Shown: positions 9,518 to 19,615 of the stretch, in pieces
How the letters are laid out: every line of letters starts with the position of its first letter
Position numbering within the stretch: the first letter of the stretch is position 1
NCBI GenBank assembly: GCA_033854515.1
Contig: JAWOJY010000110.1
Coordinates: forward strand, 1 to 59,666
From: Nitrospirota bacterium
Lineage (GTDB): Bacteria; Nitrospirota; UBA9217
DNA: 59,666 nucleotides
Direction of reading: 5' to 3'
The notes under the pieces: model-generated
Seen by the model: only the letters and a program-made list of their open reading frames with translations
Told to the model about the DNA's origin: nothing
Databases searched by the model: none
Made by a program: the position numbers and the translations under genes

Positions 9518-11187
9518 TGGCTGTGACTCAAGAGTTTTCACGAGAAGAGTATAATACACGAATAAAACGGCTCATCCTGAGCAGATTTATTCTAGTCACA
9601 TTTCTGCTCGGCACCCTCATTTTTTTCCATCAACAGTACAAAATATACCCGTTTCAAGTCTCTTCTCTCTATTTTTTTCTCATTGCTGTCTATGCCCTGA
9701 CAGGAGTTTACTGGTATGTGCTCCCGCGATGGAGCAATCTCCAGCTTTTCGCTTATCTTCAGATAGCTGGGGACATTGTTCTCATAACTTTTTTAGTATA
9801 TTTAACCGGTGGAATAGACAGCGGTTTTTCGCCTCTCTACCACTTAACCATTATTTCAGGCAGTATTATCCTCTACCGAAGGGGTGGATATCTGTCTGCG
9901 TCTCTTTCCAGTATTTTATATGGCGGCATGCTGGACATACAGTATTACAACTGGCTGGGTTTTGTTCGGAGTCAAAACTACACCGCGGCACAGGTGTTGT
10001 ACCTGGTTTTTATCAATATTGTTTCGTTTTACATAGTCGCATTCTTGAGCGGATATCTTTCTGAACGCCTCCGGAAAACCCGCGAAGAACTTCAGGAAAA
10101 AAGCACGGACTTTGAAGATCTCCGCGTGCTTCAGGAACATATATTGCGAAGCGTGGGAAGCGGAATACTTACCATGGATCTGGGAGGGAACATCACTTCA
10201 TGGAACCCCGGTGCAGAACAGATTACCGGTTACAACTATAACGAAATCAAAAGTCGCTGGCAGGAGATGTTCGGAAACAGTATTAAAAACCTTTTCGGCC
10301 ACACTGATGATTTACGGGAGCGCCCGTTCCGTTTTAACGGAGAATTGATAAAAAAGGATGGCAGCAGGGTTCTTCTCGGGATGACTGCTTCGCTGCTCAA
10401 AGATGATAAGGATGCAGTGCGGGGAATTATCCTGGTATTTCAGGATATCACCAAGATCGTCGAGATGGAAGAACAAGTCCGGAGACAAGACCGACTGGCA
10501 ACGGTCGGCAGTCTGGCTGCCGGGATTGCGCACGAAATACGGAATCCGCTGGCGTCGCTCAGCGGGTCAATCCAGGTACTCAGAAACGAACTCTCCTTGC
10601 GGGGTGATAACAAGCAACTCATGGATATTGTTATCCGTGAGACAGACCGACTGAACACGATTATTACCGAGTTTTTGGAATATGCACGACCCAGACCTCG
10701 ACAAAAAGAACAGGTTTCACTCCCGTCCGTCTTTGACGAAACCATTATACTCTTGAAAAATAACAAAGCTTTTAGAAAAAACATACGAATCTCATGCGAT
10801 ATAGACCCCCATGCGACGGCGAAAGGAGATTCCCAGAGGCTGAGACAGGTTTTTTGGAACCTTTTGATAAATTCATGTCAGGCAATGCCGAACGGCGGTG
10901 AGATCACGATTGCCGTGACCCCGTCCGGCGATGCTGACGGCGGCCCCGAATGGCATAAAATTAGGATTTCCGATACGGGACAGGGAATATCCTCTGCAGA
11001 TTTGGACAAGATATTCGACCCTTTTTTTACAACCAAAAGCGGGGGAACCGGATTAGGATTGGCAGTTGTATATAGAATCATAGAAGACCATGGTGGCGTT
11101 ATCGACGTTGAGAGCGTAACGGAAAAGGGAACGACATTCACGATTTTTCTTCCGACGGGGGAAAAAACTATCTCCTCCCGGACGTAA
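9517..11187 (+). CDS. pilS: Sensor histidine kinase PilS (TM + PAS + HisKA/HATPase)
   Basis: Multiple TM helices, PAS-like region, AHEIRNPL H-box, N/G1/F/G2 boxes; position after pilC. Confidence 0.88.
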   Translation: MAVTQEFSREEYNTRIKRLILSRFILVTFLLGTLIFFHQQYKIYPFQVSSLYFFLIAVYALTGVYWYVLPRWSNLQLFAYLQIAGDIVLITFLVYLTGGIDSGFSPLYHLTIISGSIILYRRGGYLSASLSSILYGGMLDIQYYNWLGFVRSQNYTAAQVLYLVFINIVSFYIVAFLSGYLSERLRKTREELQEKSTDFEDLRVLQEHILRSVGSGILTMDLGGNITSWNPGAEQITGYNYNEIKSRWQEMFGNSIKNLFGHTDDLRERPFRFNGELIKKDGSRVLLGMTASLLKDDKDAVRGIILVFQDITKIVEMEEQVRRQDRLATVGSLAAGIAHEIRNPLASLSGSIQVLRNELSLRGDNKQLMDIVIRETDRLNTIITEFLEYARPRPRQKEQVSLPSVFDETIILLKNNKAFRKNIRISCDIDPHATAKGDSQRLRQVFWNLLINSCQAMPNGGEITIAVTPSGDADGGPEWHKIRISDTGQGISSADLDKIFDPFFTTKSGGTGLGLAVVYRIIEDHGGVIDVESVTEKGTTFTIFLPTGEKTISSRT

Positions 11188-11219
11188 CAGCCAAATAATT
11201 TAAACATTATGCAGCACTA

Positions 11220-11228
11220 TGATATAAT
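11220..11228 (+). promoter_or_regulatory. Extended -10 promoter for pilR
   Basis: TG-A-TATAAT in the pilS-pilR gap. Confidence 0.45.
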
Positions 11229-11242
11229 GACCATGGGTGAAG

Positions 11243-12607
11243 ATGAGCCGAATTCTCATAATAGATGACGAACAAAGCATGCGGGATTTTCTCTCGATCA
11301 TGCTCAAAAAGGAAGGCTATGACGTAATCGCGGCCGGCAACGGAGAAGACGCGCTCAAAGCGATCAATGATGAGATTTTCGACCTCATAATTACGGACGT
11401 GAAGATGCCCGGCACTGACGGCATCGAAGTTCTCAAAACCGTCAAGGAAATTTCTCCTGAGACGATCGTGATTATGATTACGGCCTTTGCAACGGCAGAA
11501 GCCGCAGTGGAGGCAATGAAACTCGGCGCATATGACTATATTACAAAACCTTTCAAAGTAGACGAAATAAAGCTCATCATTCACAAGGCTCTTGAAAAAC
11601 ACAGCCTTAGACGGGAAAATATTCTGCTGAGGCGTGAAATTGAGTCACGCGCCGGGTTTGACAACTTCATCGGCAAAAGCGAACCCATGCAGACAATATT
11701 TTCTCTCATTCGTCAGGTTGCCGACACGAAAAGCACGATAATGATCACGGGAGAAAGCGGAACGGGCAAGGAACTCGTCGCCAGGGCCGTTCATTTTTTG
11801 AGTTCAAGAAAGAACGGTCCCTTCGTGACCGTAAACTGCGGAGCGCTGCCCGAGACCTTGCTCGAGAGCGAATTGTTCGGCTACATGAAAGGGTCCTTTA
11901 CCGGCGCAATATCGAACAAACAGGGCCTCTTCGAAGCGGCCAATGGCGGGACGATTTTTCTCGACGAGATCAGCGCTACGACCCCCGCGCTTCAGATAAA
12001 ACTTCTGCGGGTTCTCCAGGAGCGGGAATTCAAGCGGGTCGGTGGAACCGCTGACATAAGGGTAGACGTACGCGTCATTGCGGCAAGTAATCGTGACCTC
12101 ATGTCAGAGATTTCAAAGGGTTCCTTCAGGGAAGACCTCTTCTACCGTTTGAACGTTATACCGATTCACCTGCCTGCTCTCCGCGACAGGAAGGAAGACA
12201 TTCCGCTGCTCGTAGAATTTTTCCTTAAAAAGTTCTCCAGCGGCCGCGGAGCGAAAAAAATTACTCCCGACGCCATGAAGCTTTTGATAAGCTGCCGTTG
12301 GCCGGGAAACGTGCGTGAACTCGAGAATACTATAGAGCGGCTCGTTATCCTCGCCCCTGGAGATACCGTTCAGGTTGAACATATGCCGGACGGACTGAAA
12401 AATATCGTTCCTTACTCGGAGCTTGTACCCTCCGATATACCGGATGCCGGCCTGGATTTGGAAGTGATCCTTGAAAGCGTTGAAAAGGCCCTTCTTCGGA
12501 AGGCGTTGGAAAAAACAGGCGGAGTAAAAACCGAGGCGGCGAAGCTCCTCGGTCTGACGTTCAGGTCTTTCAGACACAGGCTCCAGAAGTATGAATCGTC
12601 CTCATAG
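11243..12607 (+). CDS. pilR: Sigma54-dependent response regulator PilR (GTG 11237 is an alternative start)
   Basis: Receiver domain, GESGTGKE, ESELFGYMKGSFTGA (GAFTGA variant), FREDLFYRL, WPGNVREL, Fis-type HTH. Confidence 0.9.
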   Translation: MSRILIIDDEQSMRDFLSIMLKKEGYDVIAAGNGEDALKAINDEIFDLIITDVKMPGTDGIEVLKTVKEISPETIVIMITAFATAEAAVEAMKLGAYDYITKPFKVDEIKLIIHKALEKHSLRRENILLRREIESRAGFDNFIGKSEPMQTIFSLIRQVADTKSTIMITGESGTGKELVARAVHFLSSRKNGPFVTVNCGALPETLLESELFGYMKGSFTGAISNKQGLFEAANGGTIFLDEISATTPALQIKLLRVLQEREFKRVGGTADIRVDVRVIAASNRDLMSEISKGSFREDLFYRLNVIPIHLPALRDRKEDIPLLVEFFLKKFSSGRGAKKITPDAMKLLISCRWPGNVRELENTIERLVILAPGDTVQVEHMPDGLKNIVPYSELVPSDIPDAGLDLEVILESVEKALLRKALEKTGGVKTEAAKLLGLTFRSFRHRLQKYESSS

Positions 12608-12630
12608 CCTCCGTTCTCTTAGTTTTTTGA

Positions 12631-12659
12631 TTGCAAATCTGCTTTAATTCCGCTAAAAT
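12631..12659 (+). promoter_or_regulatory. Sigma70-type promoter for the UbiD-family gene
   Basis: TTGCAA-17 nt-TAAAAT, 9 nt before ATG 12669. Confidence 0.5.
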
Positions 12660-12668
12660 TTATGTTCT

Positions 12669-14138
12669 ATGGCATACGATACCCTTAGAGATTTTATGTC
12701 CGTTCTTGAAAGGAACGGATATCTGGTCAGGGTCAAAACAGAGGTTGACGCTGAACTCGAGATTGCGGAGATTACCGATCGGGTCTCAAAACGGAAAGGG
12801 ACAGAGAACAGGGCGATACTGTTTGAGCAGGTCAAGGGATCGGCTTTCCCTGTTTTGACCAATACCTTTGGCTCGATGGAGCGGATGTGCCTGGCCCTTG
12901 AAGTTCGTGATCTCGACGAAATCGGACAGCGGATCAAAGAAATCATTGATCCCGCCAATCTTTTTCCTGGCCCCGGAGCCGGAATAATGGAAAAGATCGG
13001 GATGCTGCCGAAACTTGCGGAACTTGCAAATTTCTTCCCGAAAACGGTTAAAAAAGCGCCGTGTCAGGAGGTTGTCCTTACCGGCGATCGGGTGGATCTT
13101 TCCGGCCTTCCGGTACTCAAATGCTGGCCTGCGGATGGGGGGCGCTTTATTACGCTTCCCATGGTATGCACGGTCGATCCGAAGACAATGATAACGAATG
13201 TGGGCATGTATCGTATGCAGGTTTTTGACCACCAGACAACGGGTATGCACTGGCACAGACACAAGGATGGCGCGCGCCATTATCAACATTATGAAGCGGC
13301 TGGTAGACGTATGGAAGCGGCTGTTGCCATCGGGGGGGATCCCGCGATAATATACGCTTCCACGGCGCCCCTTCCACCGGCAATCGGTGAATTCGTGTTT
13401 GCAGGTTTCCTGAGAAAAAGACCGCTCGAAGTCGTCCAATGCAAGACCGTGGACGTTCGAGTCCCTGCCGAGGCGGAGTTCGTGCTCGAAGGGTTCGTTG
13501 ACCCGGGCGAGCGAAAGCTTGAGGGGCCGTTTGGAGATCATACGGGCTATTATTCCGAACCGGACGAATATCCGGTCTTCCACGTTACCGCTATCACCCA
13601 CAGAAAGGACGCGATCTACCCCGCAACGCTCGTCGGCAGGCCACCCCAGGAAGACGCGTATCTGGGCAAGGCCACGGAAAGGATATTTTTGCCACTTCTC
13701 CAGATGGTCGCTCCTGACATCCTCGACATGGACATGCCCATAGAGGGTGTGTTCCACAACAACGTGATCGTCAAGATTAAAAAACGCTATCCCGGCCACG
13801 GCAAAAAGGTCATTAATACGATCTGGGGCACCGGCATGCTGATGCTCTCGAAGTTTGTTATCGTCTGCGACGAGGACGTAAACGTCCATGATTATTCCGA
13901 AGTGACCTGGAAGGTGATGAATCACGTTGATCCGGAACGGGATGTTGTCATAACCGACGGACCGCTCGATATTTTGGACCATTCCTGCCCCCAGATAGGG
14001 TTCGGCGGCAAAATGGGAATCGATGCAACACGAAAGGGGCCGGGCGAAGGCTTTACCCGGCCCTGGCCCGATGAAATCAGGATGACGCCGGAAATTCAAA
14101 AGAGGGTGGATGAACGGTGGAAGGAGTACGGGTTTTAA
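12669..14138 (+). CDS. ubiD: UbiD-family decarboxylase (likely menaquinone futalosine-pathway type)
   Basis: NVGMYRMQ, HWHRHKDG, EGPFGDHTGYY, PPQED and GGKMGIDAT motifs. Confidence 0.9.
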   Translation: MAYDTLRDFMSVLERNGYLVRVKTEVDAELEIAEITDRVSKRKGTENRAILFEQVKGSAFPVLTNTFGSMERMCLALEVRDLDEIGQRIKEIIDPANLFPGPGAGIMEKIGMLPKLAELANFFPKTVKKAPCQEVVLTGDRVDLSGLPVLKCWPADGGRFITLPMVCTVDPKTMITNVGMYRMQVFDHQTTGMHWHRHKDGARHYQHYEAAGRRMEAAVAIGGDPAIIYASTAPLPPAIGEFVFAGFLRKRPLEVVQCKTVDVRVPAEAEFVLEGFVDPGERKLEGPFGDHTGYYSEPDEYPVFHVTAITHRKDAIYPATLVGRPPQEDAYLGKATERIFLPLLQMVAPDILDMDMPIEGVFHNNVIVKIKKRYPGHGKKVINTIWGTGMLMLSKFVIVCDEDVNVHDYSEVTWKVMNHVDPERDVVITDGPLDILDHSCPQIGFGGKMGIDATRKGPGEGFTRPWPDEIRMTPEIQKRVDERWKEYGF

Positions 14139-14140
14139 AA

Positions 14141-14261
14141 ACGATCAAACGCCAAAGCTCAAACAAATTCCGGTGACCAAGCCCACATTGCAAACGTTTC
14201 TGATATTGCTGTTTCGAATCTTGATCTCGTTCAGGATTTGAGCTTTGGAATTCGGGATTTC
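14141..14261. repeat. ~120-bp imperfect palindrome built from degenerate 7-mers
   Basis: CCAAAGCTCAAA (left arm) is the exact reverse complement of TTTGAGCTTTGG (right arm); period-7 units in both arms. Confidence 0.7.
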
Positions 14262-14272
14262 ATTCACCATTT

Positions 14273-15589
14273 ATGTGGCTACTCGACATAGTCCTTATTG
14301 TGCTGCTTATAATCGTGAACGGATTCTTTGCAGCGTCCGAGATTTCACTGATAACACTCCGTAAGAGCCGCGTCCGTCACCTCGTCAAAAGCGGCAGCTT
14401 AGCCGCGAAAAGAGTGCAGAAACTTCAAGAAGAGCCTGAGCGCTTTCTCGCGACTGTTCAGATCGGCGTAACGCTGATCGGTACGCTGGCTGCCGCCCTG
14501 GGCGGAGTGATGGCCGTAGAGCGCATAAGGCCCTGGTTCCTGTCTGTCCCCGTGCGATTTATTCAAAGAGCCGCAGAACCGCTCGCAATGGCCGTGGTTG
14601 TGAGTTTGATCACGTACGTCACGATGGTGGTCGGGGAACTGGTTCCGAAGTCCCTCGCTATCAGACATTCGGAGAAGATAGCATTTTTTACTTCTGCACC
14701 TATAGATTTCCTTTCGAAGTTGTTAATCATAGTTCTGCGCATTCTCGCATGCTCGAACAACTTTCTGTTGAAATTTTTCAAATTCGGGCAGATACAGGAA
14801 TCAGGCTTTATTTCCGAAGACGAGATAAAGTACCTTATACGGGAAGGCCGGAAAACCGGGGTATTTGAGCCGTCGGAAGAGGACCTGATTCACAGTGTGT
14901 TCAAATTTACTGACACTGTCGTAAAAGAGGTGATGGTTCCGAGGACCGAAATCGCGGCGGTCGAGGCCGAGAGCAGTATAACCGATATCCTCCGTACCAT
15001 GAACGAAAGGGGTTTTTCACGGCTTCCGGTATATTCCGGGACCATTGACAATGTGATCGGCATCGTGTATCTCAAGGACATTCTGCCGCTCGTCACCGAA
15101 AACAGGCCGTTCCAGCTCGGACGCGTGCTCCGTAAACCGTATATCGTTCCGCCGAATAAACGGGCGAGCGTGCTTCTCAAGGAGATGCGGGAAAGAAAAG
15201 TTCATCTTGCTTTGGTCGGAGATGAGTATGGAGGCACTGACGGGCTCGTGACCATGGAAGATCTGATCGAGGAAATCGTCGGAGACATCCGTGATGAGCA
15301 GGAAAAGGAGTTCAGGGAAATTGAACGTATCGCCGACAATCGCTATATTGTCGACGGCAGAACCGACATCGGCAAGCTGAACGAGAAGCTGGGCTTGAAA
15401 CTCCCGGAAGAAGAGTTTGAAACCATTGGCGGCTTTGTGCTGGGTCTTTTCGGGCGCCTTCCATCAGAAGGCGATCAAATATCGTACGAGGACGCGCTCT
15501 TTACCGTGCTGCGACTGAGAAAGAACAGGATTGCACGGATACGGATACTTAAACAGAAACGGGAAAGTAAGGAAGAGGAACAACAATGA
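14273..15589 (+). CDS. Hemolysin/CNNM family protein (DUF21 + 2xCBS + CorC_HlyC)
   Basis: [53 protein letters not shown] and FETIGG motifs. Confidence 0.92.
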   Translation: MWLLDIVLIVLLIIVNGFFAASEISLITLRKSRVRHLVKSGSLAAKRVQKLQEEPERFLATVQIGVTLIGTLAAALGGVMAVERIRPWFLSVPVRFIQRAAEPLAMAVVVSLITYVTMVVGELVPKSLAIRHSEKIAFFTSAPIDFLSKLLIIVLRILACSNNFLLKFFKFGQIQESGFISEDEIKYLIREGRKTGVFEPSEEDLIHSVFKFTDTVVKEVMVPRTEIAAVEAESSITDILRTMNERGFSRLPVYSGTIDNVIGIVYLKDILPLVTENRPFQLGRVLRKPYIVPPNKRASVLLKEMRERKVHLALVGDEYGGTDGLVTMEDLIEEIVGDIRDEQEKEFREIERIADNRYIVDGRTDIGKLNEKLGLKLPEEEFETIGGFVLGLFGRLPSEGDQISYEDALFTVLRLRKNRIARIRILKQKRESKEEEQQ

Positions 15590-16470
15590 AAACACCCATT
15601 GTGCTCGAAACCAATTTGTCCGGGCTGCCGGCCCCGAAGCGAGGCAAGGTACGGGATATTTATGATCTTGGTGACGCTTTGCTTATCGTCGCAACAGACC
15701 GGATTTCGGCGTTCGATGTCGTTCTGCCGAACGCAGTGCCCGAGAAGGGGAGGGTGCTGACCGAAATATCGAAATACTGGTTCTCGAAGACCGAGGATAT
15801 CGTCGGTAACCACCTCATCTCAACCGAGGCCAAAGATTATCCTGCGCCGTGCAGATCTCATGCGAATGTGCTCCGGGGCCGGAGTATGCTCGTAAAAAAG
15901 GCGAAGCCGCTACCAGTCGAGTGCATTGTTCGCGGCTACCTCACGGGCTCCGGACTTAAGGAATATCGCTCGACGGCCTCAGTGAGCGGCATCAAGCTGC
16001 CCCCCGGATTGACCGAAGCATCGAGGCTCCCGGAGCCCATTTTTACGCCGTCAACCAAGGCCGAGGTTGGCGAGCATGACGTGAATATAGATTTCGACAG
16101 AGTCGTAAAGCTCGTGGGCAGGGACGCAGCGGAAAAGATAAGGGGCTACACGCTTTCGATTTATAAACGGGCGTGCGAGCTTGCCGAACCCAAAGGTATC
16201 ATTATAGCCGACACGAAGCTGGAGTTCGGCATATACGAGGGCGAGGTGATACTGATCGACGAGGTACTCACTCCCGATTCATCCCGGTTCTGGCCCAAAT
16301 GCGACTATCGGGAAGGAGTCGTGCAGAAGAGCTTCGACAAACAGTTTGTGCGTGATTATCTGCTTTCGCTCGACTGGAATCAGCGGCCGCCGGCCCCGAC
16401 GCTGCCAGACGACGTGGTGCGGAAGACGAGCCAGAAATATCTCGAAGTGCTCAGGATGTTGACAGCGTAG
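15586..16470 (+). CDS. purC: SAICAR synthase
   Basis: [48 protein letters not shown] and SFDKQFVRD motifs. Confidence 0.96.
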   Translation: MKTPIVLETNLSGLPAPKRGKVRDIYDLGDALLIVATDRISAFDVVLPNAVPEKGRVLTEISKYWFSKTEDIVGNHLISTEAKDYPAPCRSHANVLRGRSMLVKKAKPLPVECIVRGYLTGSGLKEYRSTASVSGIKLPPGLTEASRLPEPIFTPSTKAEVGEHDVNIDFDRVVKLVGRDAAEKIRGYTLSIYKRACELAEPKGIIIADTKLEFGIYEGEVILIDEVLTPDSSRFWPKCDYREGVVQKSFDKQFVRDYLLSLDWNQRPPAPTLPDDVVRKTSQKYLEVLRMLTA

Positions 16471-16479
16471 CGTTTGTTC

Positions 16480-16509
16480 TTGACACGACTTACGGCGAAT
16501 CAGTATAAT
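16480..16509 (+). promoter_or_regulatory. Consensus sigma70 promoter for lysS
   Basis: TTGACA(16480-16485)-18 nt-TATAAT(16504-16509). Confidence 0.75.
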
Positions 16510-16553
16510 CCGCGTTGGCTTGAGTGATTTTGAGGAACGGCGAAAGGATTTCC

Positions 16554-18035
16554 ATGGAAGATTACAACGAGCTGACTCAGCAGCGTTTTAAAAAGCTTGC
16601 GGAAATCAGCGCGATGAAAATTAAACCTTATGCAGGCAAGTTCCAAGTTTCGGCGACGGCTCAGGACCTGGTTGATAAATACGGCGCGTCGACCAAGGAT
16701 GACCTTGAGAAGAACCGTGTTGAAGTCGCCGTTGCCGGCAGGATCGTGGCCATGCGGAACTTCGGAAAGGCCTGCTTTTGCCAGCTTCAGGACGGGGCCG
16801 GAAAGATCCAGCTCTATTTCCAGAAAAATAAGCTCGGTGAAGAGAAGTACGTCGTTTTTCAAAAACTCGACATCGGCGACTTCATCGGACTACGAGGTTT
16901 CCTGTTCCGGACGAGGACGAACGAGCTGACCGTGGACGTCGAAGACTTCACGCTGCTTTCAAAGTCTCTCCGGCCGTTGCCCGAGAAGTGGCATGGTCTG
17001 ACCGATGTGGAACTCCGCTACCGACAGCGCTACGTGGACCTGATCGTCAATCCCGAGGTCAAAAAGGTCTTTATTCTGCGCACCAGGATCATTCAGGCTA
17101 TTCGCTCATTTTTGAACGCCCGGGGCTACCTGGAAGTCGAAACCCCCATGATGCAATCGATCCCGGGCGGCGCCACAGCAAAACCGTTCAAAACGCATCA
17201 CAATGCGCTCGACATGGACCTTTATCTCCGTATCGCGCCCGAACTCTATCTCAAAAGGCTTCTTGTCGGAGGGTTTGAGCGCGTTTACGAGATCAACCGG
17301 AACTTCAGGAACGAAGGCATATCAACCCGACACAACCCCGAGTTCACGATGCTGGAATTTTACACGGCCTACGCCGACTACCGCGATCTCATGGACATGA
17401 CCGAGCAGATGATCAGTAGCGTGGCCGAAGAGGTACTCGGCACGACCGAAGTTGAATATGAAGGTCATAAAATAAGCCTTGCGCCGCCGTGGAGAAGGCT
17501 TACATTCACGGATTCACTTCGCGAAGCCGGCGTACCGTCGGAAGTACTGACTGATGCGGACAGGGCTCGTGAGCATGCCAAAAAACTCGGCGCCGTCCTG
17601 AAGGGCGGCGAGCCGCTCGGGAAGCTTTTGAACGAGATATTCGAGGCGCTTGTCGAGCCGAAACTCATCCAGCCCACGTTTATCACAGATTATCCCACGG
17701 ACATATCTCCGCTCTCGAAAAAGCGCGAGGATGACCCGAATTTCGTCGAGCGATTCGAACTTTTTGTGGTTGGGAGGGAGCTTGCGAACGCGTTCTCGGA
17801 ACTGAACGACCCGGTGGACCAGAAAGAGCGGTTTCTCAAACAGGTGTCGGAACGCGAGGCCGGGGACGAAGAAGCGCATCAGATGGACGAGGATTTCATC
17901 CGCGCCCTTGAATACGGGATGCCTCCTGCAGCAGGCGAAGGCATCGGTATCGACAGGCTGGTGATGCTGCTCACCGGATCGAGTTCGATCAGGGACGTGA
18001 TTTTGTTCCCGCAGATGAAAAAAGAGAAAATATGA
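16554..18035 (+). CDS. lysS: Lysine--tRNA ligase (class II)
   Basis: OB fold, LPEKWHGL, YRQRYVDL, LRIAPELYLK, FRNEG..HNPEF, GIGIDRL; ATG 16554 follows SD AAAGGA. Confidence 0.97.
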   Translation: MEDYNELTQQRFKKLAEISAMKIKPYAGKFQVSATAQDLVDKYGASTKDDLEKNRVEVAVAGRIVAMRNFGKACFCQLQDGAGKIQLYFQKNKLGEEKYVVFQKLDIGDFIGLRGFLFRTRTNELTVDVEDFTLLSKSLRPLPEKWHGLTDVELRYRQRYVDLIVNPEVKKVFILRTRIIQAIRSFLNARGYLEVETPMMQSIPGGATAKPFKTHHNALDMDLYLRIAPELYLKRLLVGGFERVYEINRNFRNEGISTRHNPEFTMLEFYTAYADYRDLMDMTEQMISSVAEEVLGTTEVEYEGHKISLAPPWRRLTFTDSLREAGVPSEVLTDADRAREHAKKLGAVLKGGEPLGKLLNEIFEALVEPKLIQPTFITDYPTDISPLSKKREDDPNFVERFELFVVGRELANAFSELNDPVDQKERFLKQVSEREAGDEEAHQMDEDFIRALEYGMPPAAGEGIGIDRLVMLLTGSSSIRDVILFPQMKKEKI

Positions 18036-18103
18036 AGCACTGTGCATGGATGCCAGATGTCCAGGATATAGATTTTTTATGCTGCATCATGTATCATAAT
18101 GCA
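18034..18103. repeat. Degenerate period-7 GATGCA/TGCATCA inverted repeat between lysS and lolE
   Basis: GTGCATG GATGCCA GATGTCCA GGATA ... TGCATCA TGTATCA TAATGCA. Confidence 0.55.
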
Positions 18104-18124
18104 GTACACGGTGTACTTTAGAAT

Positions 18125-19360
18125 ATGAAAACCCCATACGAAATTTTTGTCGGCCTGCGATATCTGAAGACCAAGAAACGCTACGGTACGGTATCGCTCA
18201 ACACTTTTATCTCTATTGCAGGCGTGGTTATCGGGGTGGCGACCTCTATCATCACGCTTGCCGTGATGACCGGTTTCCAGGGTTACTTTCGCGACAAGAT
18301 ACTCTCGGCCATCCCCCACATTATGGTGATGGAATATACGGGCTCGGGTCTTAAGGACGAGAAAGTCCTGCAGGAAAAAGTCGAGAAAGTTGATCACGTC
18401 GTGGCCACTACGCCCTTCATCATGAACCAGGCGATGCTCACGACAAGGGACCGCGTCCAGGGTGTGGTCGTTCGCGGCATCGACCCGAGGAACGAAGGTC
18501 GGGTAACGGACCTACAAAAGAATATGGTTGAAGGGTCGCTCCTGGACCTTGAGGGTACCAGCAGGAACCTTCCCGGTATCGTTGTCGGCACGGATCTCGC
18601 GAAGAAATTCGGCATCATTATCGGTGATACGGTCACTATGGTGAACCCGCTTGGAGAGGAAACGCCTATGGGCATAGTGCCCAAAATGAGAAAATTCGAA
18701 GTCGTAGGCATATTCGACGCGGGGATGTACGATTACAATACGAGTTTTACTTACATTTCGCTGCCGGCGGCGCAAAAGTTTTTCGATATGCCCGGCCGCG
18801 TGAGCGGCATTCAGGTCCGCGTGGACGATGTTTATAATGCTGCAAAAATCGCTGAATCCATACAATCGGCGATCGGGTTCCCGTTTTACACGAGGAACTG
18901 GATGGAGATGAACAAAAATTTCTTTTCTGCGCTCAAGCTTGAAAAAATCGGCATGTCGCTTATTCTTATCGTCATTATCATCGTGGCATCGTTCAATATC
19001 ATCGGTACGCTGACGATGATCGTCATGGAAAAAAACAGGGAGATCGCCATCATGAAATCCATGGGAGCGCCCTCGGGAAGCATCATGAAGATATTCATGT
19101 TTGGCGGAGTCATCATCGGATTAGTGGGCACGGCTCTCGGGGCGGCGATCGGATATGGCGCAGTTGCTGTCATAACGAGGACCCAGGTAATTTCCCTCCC
19201 GAGGGACGTTTACCAGGTGAGCCATCTGCCGCTTTCGATAACGATATTCGATGTTCTGTTTATATCGCTTATGGCACTGGGCATCAGCTTCGTTGCCACG
19301 CTGTACCCTTCATGGCAGGCCGCAAAACAGGACCCCGTGGAAGTGCTGAGGTATGAATGA
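18125..19360 (+). CDS. lolE: Lipoprotein-releasing ABC transporter permease, LolC/E family
   Basis: GLRYL..., IGVATSIITLAVMTGF, ALKLEK, EKNREIAIMKSMGA and ATLYPSWQAA..DPVEVLRYE motifs. Confidence 0.92.
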   Translation: MKTPYEIFVGLRYLKTKKRYGTVSLNTFISIAGVVIGVATSIITLAVMTGFQGYFRDKILSAIPHIMVMEYTGSGLKDEKVLQEKVEKVDHVVATTPFIMNQAMLTTRDRVQGVVVRGIDPRNEGRVTDLQKNMVEGSLLDLEGTSRNLPGIVVGTDLAKKFGIIIGDTVTMVNPLGEETPMGIVPKMRKFEVVGIFDAGMYDYNTSFTYISLPAAQKFFDMPGRVSGIQVRVDDVYNAAKIAESIQSAIGFPFYTRNWMEMNKNFFSALKLEKIGMSLILIVIIIVASFNIIGTLTMIVMEKNREIAIMKSMGAPSGSIMKIFMFGGVIIGLVGTALGAAIGYGAVAVITRTQVISLPRDVYQVSHLPLSITIFDVLFISLMALGISFVATLYPSWQAAKQDPVEVLRYE

Positions 19361-19399
19361 CGGATATTATAAATCTGAATTTTCTAACAGGAGGAACCC

Positions 19400-19615
19400 A
19401 TGGCGCAGAAGGGCGGGTTTAAAAGGTTTGTCTTGATATTGGTATTGCTTGCGCTTGCAGTAGTGGCATTTGCCTTGTTGGGCGGTGGCAAACTGTTGAA
19501 ATCAGCGGGTACGAAGACCGAGGAAATCAAAGGAAAAATTGAAAAAGGGGCCACTACCGTAGAAAAAACCGTCAAGAAATTGAAAGAAGACGTCAAACCG
19601 GGAGAAAAAAAATAA
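19400..19615 (+). CDS. Small membrane-anchored Lys/Glu-rich protein (71 aa)
   Basis: SD AGGAGG, one N-terminal TM helix and an amphipathic charged tail. Confidence 0.75.
   Translation: MAQKGGFKRFVLILVLLALAVVAFALLGGGKLLKSAGTKTEEIKGKIEKGATTVEKTVKKLKEDVKPGEKK

Noticed and set aside
12786-14099. 437-aa minus-strand ORF
   Set aside because: Antisense shadow of the UbiD gene
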